Below, piece by piece: positions 1-10,030 of a stretch of DNA of 64,000 bases. The DNA comes from Eledone cirrhosa (Eukaryota): NCBI GenBank assembly GCA_964016885.1, contig OZ024752.1:21638001-21702000 (forward strand). Direction: 5' to 3'. The notes beneath the pieces are model-generated. The model saw only the letters and a list, made by a program, of their open reading frames with translations. It was not told where the DNA came from and did no database searches. Position numbers and translations under genes: made by a program. Numbering within the stretch: the first letter of the stretch is position 1; each line of letters opens with the position of its first letter.

Positions 1-6
1 CGCGCA

Positions 7-490
<484 letters not shown>

Positions 491-624
491 ACGTCCGAGA
501 AAGTATACGTACCTCCACAAACATACGGGTAAGGTATACTTACCTATACAAATATGTAATGGTATAAACATAAAATATACTTAGCTACCACATCAAGACG
601 TAAATTATCCGCGTATTGTTCGTA

Positions 625-1600
625 CTATCCATTAGCGTTAGGGTATAATGTGGGGCTGTAATACAGCAAACTTTTATGCAATTTGTGTTTACAAGCCGAA
701 ATTGCCTCAGATATTTTGATTAAGATGTGACCATTGGCGTAGAGTATTTCCAGGGTTTTAGCGGCGCAAAGATCGCATGGTCTTATGTTTCCATTATACA
801 ATCTAGCTTTAGCTAAGATCTCCCAGTGTAACCTATATTGGATGTGGTTGTCTTTTAGACACCAGATATAAGCTGAAAGTGACGTCATATTCCTTCTTAA
901 AGGGTTAAGAAAATAATGGGTGTGCATGTAAAGACGCTGCTTGAATCTATTGGCAATTAACCCTATGTAGGCCCTACTGGAAGTGGGTGTGTCGACCTTA
1001 CATTTGTAGACAATGTTACTGGAGAGGTATTTCCTGGATATAGGGCAGTCTTCCCGATTCCTACAATTACAGTTAATACTAGCTACAGGGTTGGTAGTGT
1101 TACTACGGCTAGGTAATTTGGCTAAATTTTATGCAGTAATGTTATGTGCAAAGTTAGGAGTCGTGGAGTAAGATATTTTAACTATTTCTATTAAAAATTT
1201 TATTATATTTATGTGCTGAGGGGAAATGCTTCTTAATTAGGGAGAGAAACATTTTAGCTAGTGGTGTGGCCACCTCCATATTATATAGTAGGTTATACCA
1301 TATAATGTGTCGGGATCTATTTTTCCTAGGTTTATGCTCATACTTAGTATATGCTACCTTATCGACAAATCTACTCCGATAATATGTGGAATGATCGGTG
1401 AAAATATGCTCGTTTGTAGATAGACGAAAAAGCCTCAATGAAATATTTCTTACCAGGTTCTTGGTTATACTGGGAGGATGGTTAGAATGCTTACTGGTGT
1501 AATTAAGCGTATCATTCGGCTTTCTATATGGGTAGTGCAAGCCATTCGACAAATTGAGGGTAACGTTGAGGTAGTTTACAACAGAAAGGTTCTCATCGCT
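625..1600 (-). mobile_element. Penelope-like retroelement (PLE) remnant: RT C-terminus, linker and GIY-YIG endonuclease; 5'-truncated and disrupted
   Basis: ORF 1178-1606: NYLNVTLNL..YRKPNDTLNY..HSNHPPSI..RHIIWYN..KHFP..KIFNRNS. Manual translation ~1075-930: NCNCRNREDCP..NIVYKCKV..AYIGL..FKQR (GIY-YIG). ORF 625-927: LSAYIWCLK..WEIL..CDLC..C(K)H. These are typical PLE motifs, broken by stops and frameshifts. Confidence 0.88.
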
Positions 1601-1907
1601 CCACATAACGATGTATGATGTTTGCTTTTTTCCATTTGTTGCCAGGGAACGTCTTCACAAACCAAAGTACGTCTACCTGTTTTCCTTCAGTTGCAACGTT
1701 TTTTTAAATATTTATTTCTGCGTTCACAGATTGATTTTTTTTTAGTTTCAGAAAATCCCGTTAAGGCTGAAGCAGCAATTCTTTGCTTAAACTTTAATCT
1801 GTTATTTTAATAAATATTTACTCTATGGTTTTTATATATTTGATATATATTTATCCTTATCGAGCTCTCTTTGGATTTTAGTCTTCACATTTATTATTAT
1901 TATTATT

Positions 1908-2297
1908 TGGATTGGCAGTATCGGTAGAGGGTCGAACGCCATTCTTTGACGCATAGAGTTACGGTCCTTGCCATTCTGAGTTCAAATCCCGTCGAGGTTA
2001 ACTTTGCCTTTCATCCTTACGGGGTCGATAAAATAAAGTACCAGTAATGCACTGGGTAATTGCTGGCCTTATGCCAAAAAATAGAAACAATTATTATTAT
2101 TATTTTGGCAGTATCGGTAGAGGGTTGGACGCCATGCTTTGACGCATAGAGTTACGGCCCTTGCCATTCTGAGTTCAAATCCCGCCGAGGTTAACTTTGC
2201 CTTTCATCCTTACGGGTCGATAAAATAAAGTACCAGTAATGCACTGAGTAATTGTTGGCCTTGTGCCAAAAGTAGAAACAATTATTATTATTATTAT

Positions 2298-2298
<1 letters not shown>
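1908..2298 (+). mobile_element. Two head-to-tail tRNA-derived SINE copies (~1908-2105 and ~2107-2298) with (ATT)n tails
   Basis: Direct ~190-bp repeat with A-box-like TGGCAGTATCGG, B-box GAGTTCAAATCCC, central GCCTTTCATCCTTACGGGGTCGATAAAATAAAGTACCAGT and (ATT)n tail. The same family recurs at 50.2-51.0 kb. Confidence 0.85.
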
Positions 2299-2339
<41 letters not shown>

Positions 2340-3999
2340 GTATGTGTATGTGTGTGTCTGTGGGGCCCTACATCTTACGTCCGAAACTTTACAGGCTCAT
2401 AGATTAGTCACCAGGGAGTGTTTTCTATATATCAGCGTATCGTTTTTTTTTTTATTCCGAGGTCATTAAATATTCAAAAATAAGTCAACCAAATACACAA
2501 AATCTTAGTTAAAACAAATTAAAGGGAAGTAAATCTTGATACCTAAGAAGCAGGACAGAAGGAATTATTTCCCGTTGATAGTTACTCTAATCGGTTAAAA
2601 CAATTTCCACACAATGACAAATGACTTCTTGGTCGCTCTACCAGCTAAAAATACATTGAACAAAATATTTAAGTAAAATCATCTTAAGAAACATCACCAC
2701 CTATCATGAGACACTACTAATGTAAAAGAACGAATGTAGGAGAAATCATCAATCCATATAAACTTTCACCGTTAACTCAGCAGACGACATCACTTAATAT
2801 CTACACTCCTACATCGATCTGTATCTTAATTCTCTCTCTCTCTCTCTATTATATATAATCTTTCTCTCTATTTTATATATATACATATATATAAAATTAT
2901 ATACGATTTCACTCAACATTTCACCATTTGCTACACCTTACGACCGATTTTCAAGAAACTCGCCAGCTCATGAATTTCCAACCAGGTTTTATTCCTACTT
3001 GGACTCCGTTCATCTCAGTTCACACTATTGACCTCTACTACAACCGGGTGTCAACGATAATTCTTTAACTTTTTAAGTCTGCGATAAATGGTTACTTTGT
3101 ACAATCCGGCTATACTGTTCTCTGCATTAATCTCTTTCATGGGTGCTATTCCAGAGATGTGCTTAAACTACTCTTTAGATAATGCCTCCGAAGAAGAGTA
3201 ACAAAATTGGTCGGAAAACGGCGTGAGGCAGAAGTATGACAAATAGACGAGCAAGTGAGCCACTACAAAATGCCGAAATAAGACGAACTAGAAACGCAAT
3301 GTCTACGGCCGCTGCACGCGCTGCTGAAACGGAGGATCGGCGCATCTGCAGACAGACAAGAGACGCTGTGTCGAAGGCCAGTGCACGAACTTCAGAAAAT
3401 GAGGTTCAGCGCGTTCGCATACAAAGAAGAAACACAATGTCGAAGGCCAGTGCACTGGCTACGGAGACATCATCCGAAAGGCGTGATCGGATGCAGAGTA
3501 ATCTTCAAAGAAGCCTTTCCAGAAATGGTCTTTCAAGGCCTTCCAGTTCGCGATGGCTACTTAAGGCGTTTGAATATAGCCCAACCTTCAATTATGCCAC
3601 CCATGCTGATGTGATCATTTGCGATATGTCCACCATTTGCACCTACTGCAATGCCATGAAGTGGGCAGGTGAACCATCTGGGATGTGCTGCGTGAATGGA
3701 AAGGTCAGCTTACCTTTCCTCCTTGATCCACCTGATCCATTGAAGACGTATCTGGCAGGTGAAAAAGCGGATTCTAAGCACTTCCTTGAAAATATCCGGA
3801 AATACAACTTCACCTTTCAGATGACATCGTTTGGAGCAAACATTGTTAAGGAAGGCGGTTTCATGCCTACATTTAAAGTTGAGGGGCAACTGTGTGTGGC
3901 CATAGATGAGTCATCGAGAATCAGTCGCTAAGATCAACACCTTTTCATCAAAGCAGATATTACCTTACCTACCCAGGCAACGCTGGGTACTGCTGCTAG
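2299..3999 (+). mobile_element. Internally deleted (non-autonomous) Helitron
   Basis: 3' end: hairpin TACCCAG-gcaacg-CTGGGTA (3970-3989), then CTAG (3996-3999) followed by T. The 5' end is approximate, at (TA)nAAAATTAAG..GTGTGTCTGT, which resembles animal Helitron starts. Contains a Rep-helicase remnant. Confidence 0.8.
3182..3931 (+). pseudogene. Helitron Rep/helicase N-terminal fragment
   Basis: MPPKKSNKIGRKTA* (in-frame TGA at 3224-3226) continues into ORF 3236-3931: Arg/Glu-rich repeats, CTYCNAMKWAGEPSGMCCVNGKVSLP..PPDPL..SKHFLENIRKYNFTFQMTSFGA..FMPTFKVEGQ, the conserved Helitron N-terminal Zn-binding region. Confidence 0.88.
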
Positions 4000-4010
4000 T
4001 ATATATATAT

Positions 4011-4282
4011 AATTGGTGTGGGATGCTTAAAGCATCCGTAAGCGGTATGCCGTTTGAGCACTCGATGCTCTTACAGAACAGAGTATAATATCACATACGA
4101 AACGGAGAATCAGTGGTGCGACGAATAAGATTTATTAGACGTTTTACAATCGTTTCTCTGGCGACCAGCTCGAGGCACGATCGATGCAATGATCAAACCT
4201 GACTCTGTAATCGCAAGATCCTCAGATAGGTCTCGATTCTTTGAAGCAGAGTTTTGGAAACTCTGCTTCGAAGAATCGAGAC
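4011..4282 (-). mobile_element. Probable PLE terminal repeat (pLTR) fragment with degenerate hammerhead motif, AATAAA and terminal 25-bp palindrome
   Basis: Minus strand: CTGAGGA-TCTTGCGATT...GGTCGCCAGA-GAAACGATTGTA, then AATAAA. Flanked on both sides by TA microsatellite. Confidence 0.5.
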
Positions 4283-4490
4283 ATATATATATATGGACAT
4301 ATATACATATATATATGTGTGTATATATATATATATAAATATATGTATGTATATATATGTATGTATGTATATATTCATGTATGTATATATATTCATGTAT
4401 ATATATGTATGTGTATATATATATGTGTATATATATATGTATGTATGTATATATATATATATGTAAGTATGTGTATGTATGTAAGTATGT
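4283..4490. repeat. TA/TATG microsatellite
   Basis: Direct inspection. Confidence 0.9.
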
Positions 4491-7400
4491 CATCATCATC
4501 ACCGTTTTACGGCCGTTCTTCCATGTTAGCATGGGTTAGACGGGGTGTCCTGTTGTGGGCAATGTCTGGTCGGCTGACCATGTCTTGCTCATACAGGAAC
4601 TGATTTTGGCTTGATTTCTACAGCTGGATGCCCTTCCTAACACCAACTTCATTTACACTGAGTGCTGGGTGCTTTTTTTCCGTGGCGCCTACACATCCAC
4701 TTTACAGTGTGGGCTGGGTGCATTCTTGCCGTGGCACCTCCACGACCAGTTTGTAGTGGGGGTGTGTGGGGGCATATTGTCTATATGCTTCAGCTTGTAC
4801 CCATGGGAGGTCGGGTACTCTGTATTACTGCGTGACGCCAGAGATCACGGTCGAGAGGTGTAATTGGTAAGGTTGGCTTTTATCACCTCATCCAGGTCTT
4901 CTTGGGTCTCCCCACTCCGCAGTTTCCATTGACTTCTAGTACTCTGCACCTTTTTATGCAGCTGTCAGCCTTCATACGCATCACATGTCCATACCAATGC
5001 AACCGCCTCTCCTGCACACAGCATTTGATTCCTCTTATGTTCAGTCTCTCGCTCAATTCATTTATGCTTTGCCGTTCGCGTATATTACTATTACACATCC
5101 ATCGGAGCGTGCAGGCTTCGTTTCTTTCTAATCTACGCAAGTCTTCCACCTTCAGTGCCCAGGTCTCACTACCATGTAACATTGCTGTTCGTATACACAT
5201 ATCATACAGTCTGCCTTTCATTTTGAGGGAAAAGCCTTTTGCAGCTAGCAGTGGCAGTAGTTCCCAGAACTTCTTCCATCCCGTTCTTACCCTAGTTATT
5301 GTACTTTCTGAACACCCACCACTGCTAATTCGGTTACCTAGGTAGCAGAAGCTGTCTACTGTTTCTACAGAGCCCTCCCAAAGATTGGTGGTACTTGTTT
5401 CCTGTGGCTGTTTGCTGCTTGCTGTCCCAGCTCAGCTGCTACATGTGAAGCCTACATTCTTAATTAAGCTTCCTGAGATCCTGCTACATCTCTTGTGTAC
5501 CCACTGTTTGCATTTGGGGCAGAGAATGGAGTTCCTACCTACACCTTTCCTACATACTGAGCAAGGCCATTTCCCTGAGGGGATCTGGGTTCTGTTTTCT
5601 AGTCTACTTACAAGGACCTTAGTCTTTGTCAGGTTGACTTTGAGACCCTTTCTTTCTAGTCCCTGCTTACAAGTTTGGAATTTCTTCTCTAGTTCTTCCT
5701 AGTTTTCTAAGAGCCCACCAGATTATAGCACATGGAACTCTGTCAAAGGCTTTCTCGAGATCGACGAATGTCAGGTAGAGTGGCTTACTTTTAGCTCGGT
5801 ACTTTTCCTGTAACTGCCTCACAAGGAAGAGGGCATCAATGGTGCCTCTTCCTGGTACAAACCTAAATTGCATCTCATCTAGTTTCACCTGGTCCCTAAT
5901 CAACTGTGCTATAACTCTTTCTGTTACTTTCATGACCTAGTCCATCAGCTTTATACCTCTATAGTTTCCTCTATCTAGTGCATCACCTTTACCTTTGTAG
6001 CAGTTGACAATGATGCTACTGCACCAATCTTTTGGTATGACACTTTCTAGTATTACCTGGTTAACAATACGTGTGGTTATAGTGTGACCTACAGACCCAG
6101 ATGCCTTCAGCATCTCGGCAGCTATACTCGATGGACCGGTTGCCTTCCCCATCTTCATATTTTTTATTGCCTTAATTACTATGCTGCTGTTGACTTGTAC
6201 TGCTGGCCCCTCTATAGGGTCTACTTGGGGGTAGGGTCTCTTCTTCCCATCCATTCTCCTCATTTAGTAATCTATCATAATGGCTCTTCCATGCATCTTT
6301 CTTTTCAGCACTTGTGAGGGCAAGCTCACCTTTATCATTCCGGATACACTTCTCTCCAATGACATTACAATTCTCTCTGACACACTGCCTCGCAATCTTG
6401 AACACCTCCTGTTTCTGGTCCTCACGTTGCAAAACATGCTTGAATTTTCTATCCCCTGCTTCCCTCCTAGCTAAGTATACTTGTCGCCTAGCTTCCCTCT
6501 TGGTCTCTATGTAATGTATCCTGCTTCCCCTGTTCTTCCATTTTTTCCATGCCTGTCTCTTGGCCTTAACTGCCTCATCTACCTTATTGTTCCACCACCA
6601 AGTCACTCTCCTCCTGCTTGAGGTCTTACTCCAGCCACAGATCTCATCCGTCGCCTCTAGTAAGTTATTTTTTAGGAACTCCCAGTGCTCTTCTACATTG
6701 AATGTCTCTATCTGTTCTTCTTTACTGTCATAGGCGTTGAGTAAAATATCTTTAAATCTGTTACTGGCTGAGGGGTCTTTCAGCTTCCAGATCTTTCTTC
6801 TCCAGGTTGGCCTCTGTTTCCAGGTTCGTCTAGTTCTGACCGTGAGGTCGCTGACAACTAAGCTACGCTGGGAGGTACATTTTTCACTAGGGAAGGCTTT
6901 TGTGTTTACGACCGTCCATCTGTCATGTCCTCTGATGAGGATAAAATCTATTAGATTAGAATGCTCCCCTGATCTATAGGTGATCAGGTGGTTGTCGGGT
7001 TTTTTGAAGTTTGTGTTACATATCGACATGTCATTGGAGTCACAGAATTCTAGAAGCCTCAAGCCTTCTGCATTTCTTGTGCCAACCCCATGGCCTCCAT
7101 GGACTCTATTGAAGCTGTCACGGTGTTTACCTACGTGTCCGTTAAAATCTCCTGCAATGATTAGGAAGTCATTGTCGTTTGTTAGAGCAGTAGTGTGCAT
7201 TAGGAACTGGTAAAACCGATCCTTAAGTTCGTCTGGCAACCCCGATTGGGTGCGTAAGCTGATATTATTGTGGTAATTGTTTTATTCAGGACTAGTCTGA
7301 GTTTAATGATTCTTACATTCACCCTGTTCGCTGAGATTACCTTATCTACCCACTTGTCAGCTAGTAGGATACCTACACCACCCATCCCATCATCATTTCC

Positions 7401-7690
7401 CACCCAGAAAAATTTGTAGCACTGACTTTTTCCTACAAGGACTCTAGCAGACTCTCCTCTTCATCTCGTCTCTTGCACACAGCATACATCAATTTCCTTT
7501 CGCTCTAGATTTCTTCTGCTCTTCCTTTCATTGTGCTTACATTGATGGTACCAACTCTGAGTTTTGGGCATTTGTCAACATTCATGGGGAAGGGTCGATT
7601 TTTGCAGGGGTGTGCATGTGCTTCCTGTCTCTGAATTGAAGCTTCACATGGGTGCTTGGTAGTTCGCGGATTTATATTCATTTTCATTTA
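4490..7690 (-). mobile_element. RTE-clade-like non-LTR retrotransposon (APE endonuclease + RT with embedded PHD finger), degenerate
   Basis: APE: LRVGTINVSTMKGR, GVGILL, IISAYAP, IAGDFNGHVG, IDFILIR. TWWWN linker. RT: GKATGP, DWCSSIIVNCYKGKGDALDRGNYRGIKL, QFRFVPGRGTIDA, FVDLEKAFDRVP. C-terminus: FCYLG, MLHGSETW, RRLHWYGHVMR, GRPKKTW. 3' UTR ends in (GAT)n at ~4490-4500. Multiple frameshifts, stops and a central RT deletion. Confidence 0.9.
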
Positions 7691-7992
7691 TTAATTCAGG
7701 GTTGCTCCATTTATTCTCAGCTCATCCATACATAACGGTAGGAAAATTCAGGGCTAGAAGAACAGTGGTGGTGGTAATAATGGCATGGTGTGTTGGGCTG
7801 GGACGGGGGAGGAGAGAGGAAGGTAGTAGTAGAAATGGCAGGGTTTGTTGGGGTTGGTAGTGGGTGAGGGTGGCATGCTGAGGTTTGATTGGTCGAATAG
7901 GCTATGGTGGTGTGAGGGAAATTGTGAGGTAGGTAGCCAAATCATGGCCTGTAGCATCTCATGGCAAAATAGACTGATAGGAGTAGATGACT

Positions 7993-8055
7993 TTTTATCT
8001 GATGAGGACGTACTGTTGAACTTAATTCAGTACCTCTGAAATATGTATAATAAAA
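7993..8055 (+). ncRNA. Minimal type I hammerhead ribozyme (PLE-type, likely dimer-dependent)
   Basis: TTTTAT [CTGATGA] GGACGTACTG-ttgaacttaatt-CAGTACCTCT [GAAA] TATGTAT A | ATAAAA. Full core; 6-bp stem I; stem II 9 of 10 paired; self-complementary stem III ATATGTAT. Confidence 0.7.
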
Positions 8056-8202
8056 TATAATTGATCACAAGAATATCTATTTTGTTAATATTTGGAATTA
8101 ATATTAATAACTCTGGAAAAAATTTTTTTGTAGAGTGCTTCCAATCTATTGTAAAACTCATTCTTTGATGTATTCATTGAATCTTGTTTAACTCTTAAAT
8201 AA

Positions 8203-8204
<2 letters not shown>

Positions 8205-8270
<66 letters not shown>

Positions 8271-8286
8271 ATGTATGTATATATAA
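8205..8286. repeat. (TA)n/(TG)n microsatellite
   Basis: Direct inspection. Confidence 0.9.
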
Positions 8287-8971
8287 TAGGCTTTTCTCTG
8301 CAATTACTGAATCCTTTAGAAATTTACAGAATCAGATAAGAATGTTTGAACAATTTGCAATGGTTTTATCTCCTTATTTCTACAAGAAATCAATTCCTGT
8401 AGAAATCTGGTAGTATTTGCATGTATGTATATGGGTGTATGTAGCTGTGCATATGTATATATGTGTTTTTGTGTGTGCGTTTATATGATATTTTTAATAT
8501 GCCTGTTTACTGTGTATCATACTAATATGTATATTTATGTGGTCTTTCAAATATGTATATAAGTATGTGTGTGTGTGTGTGTGTGTAATGTGTGCCATGT
8601 AATGTTTGGTGGGATATAAGAGGACAAATCTACGAATTAAGATCCGAAGAACAAAGAAAGAATTTATTACTATGGCTACAAATGAGTGAATGTATTCTAG
8701 GGTAGACTTAGCGTATTTATCCCCGTGGGGAAGAAAAGCCAGTGGATATAGCTGGAAGAAAAATAGACACTTGTTTAGAGAGGGAGAGAGAGAGAGAGCA
8801 AGTTTTATATCTATAGAGTGCATCTAAAATGCTGAAAGAATGATATAATTTAATCTGAATTTACCAACCACTAAACAGAAATATGAAATCTAAAATATTC
8901 AAAATATTAAAAAAAGGTAATCTCTGTGAATTTTGTAATTCTTAGTAGTGTATCTTTTTTATATTTTCCAG

Positions 8972-9051
8972 CTTCGCAATGATTCTCCAAATCTCTGTGA
9001 CATACAGGTATCAGAGTCTCAAGACATAGCAGAAATACAAGGATGTCCCAG
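8972..9051 (+). CDS. Candidate internal exon of an unidentified host gene (80 nt; LRNDSPNLCDIQVSESQDIAEIQGCP)
   Basis: Pyrimidine tract TCTTTTTTATATTTTCCAG acceptor and CAG|GTAAGA donor; only one frame is open. No homology recognised. Confidence 0.4.
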
Positions 9052-9354
9052 GTAAGATCTCTATAGAAGGTTGCAGGTAGTTTTTCCCCAAACCACTCCC
9101 ACATTGTACTTGTCATGAAAGCAGTGCTGGTCTTACCTATAAGCTAAATAAGCTACATCAAACATCCAATACGAATTCATCGTAACATATGTGATGGATG
9201 TAAAAACTATAACTTCCTTTTTCTGAATCTGAAAATGGTGGGGGATGCGATTAGATGAATGAAAACGGTACCATTGTAACTCCTATTTAAGTTAAAGCCT
9301 TTACCAAACCCAGTGGATCATCTGACCAGAGCTTATCATTGTTTTACAAGGAGT

Positions 9355-9495
9355 TAACCATTTTTGTTACCATATTTCTAATGAAATACACTGCCTATGT
9401 CATTAAACCTTTTTTTACCATATTTCTAATAAAATACACTGCCTGTGTCATTAAACCTTTTGTTACCATATTTCTAATAAAATACACTACCTATG
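9355..9495 (+). repeat. Three tandem ~48-bp units resembling the left end of a TTAA-flanked MITE
   Basis: TTAA(A)CC(T)TTTGTTACCATATTTCTAATAAAATACACTGCCTRTGTCA x3. A related start TTAACCCTTCCGTTACTATATATTATTTCTAATAAAATGCAC occurs at ~48935. Confidence 0.65.
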
Positions 9496-9744
9496 ATTTT
9501 GGGGATAATAAAGACTTTGGAAGGATATAATATAATTATTTTTTTCATTATTAATCTTAGAACTGGAACATAACTTAACAAAGGTTCTTACATAAAATTA
9601 TGATAAAAGATTTTTACTTGAATGTAAACAGTTTTGTATTATAGAATCAATGATATTTTCAGGCAGTTTTATATCAAACCAGTTAAGTAACTGAATGTAC
9701 AAAATGACCCCGTGAACAAGATAGTAGTCCATTACAAAATTACC

Positions 9745-9830
9745 CCACCCTGCTATTGATGCTTATTTTCAGCTCTATGGACTGGAACAAGGTGAACTAA
9801 AGTACTTTGCTCAAGGACCTGGAGCACTTT
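9745..9830 (-). mobile_element. SINE fragment
   Basis: Minus strand CCTTGAGCAAAGTACTTTAGTTCACCTTGTTCCAGTCCATAGAGCTGAAAAT matches the body of the SINE at 49.1-49.3 kb. Confidence 0.55.
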
Positions 9831-10030
9831 ACTTGCAGCAAAGGAAGAACTCATAATTTTATCATAATTAAATCGTGCGAAAACCATTTTGCTGATTTGA
9901 GAGCTGATGAGGGTGAAGATGTGTGTGTGTAAACATGTCTTGTACATCGCCTTTCTTTATTTCCTTCTTCCAGTCACTTCTGTGTGCCAGTGCACTTCTC
10001 ATTGTCCTCCTCCTCTTTCAAACTTTTCTA

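Noticed and set aside
1908-2000. tRNA genes at SINE heads (also 49270-49342)
   Set aside because: A/B boxes are present but there is no complete cloverleaf; they continue into SINE bodies.
8494-8823. Minus-strand 109-aa ORF or possible exon after TTTTTCTTCCAG
   Set aside because: Includes microsatellite-derived stretches; no convincing donor site or recognisable homology.
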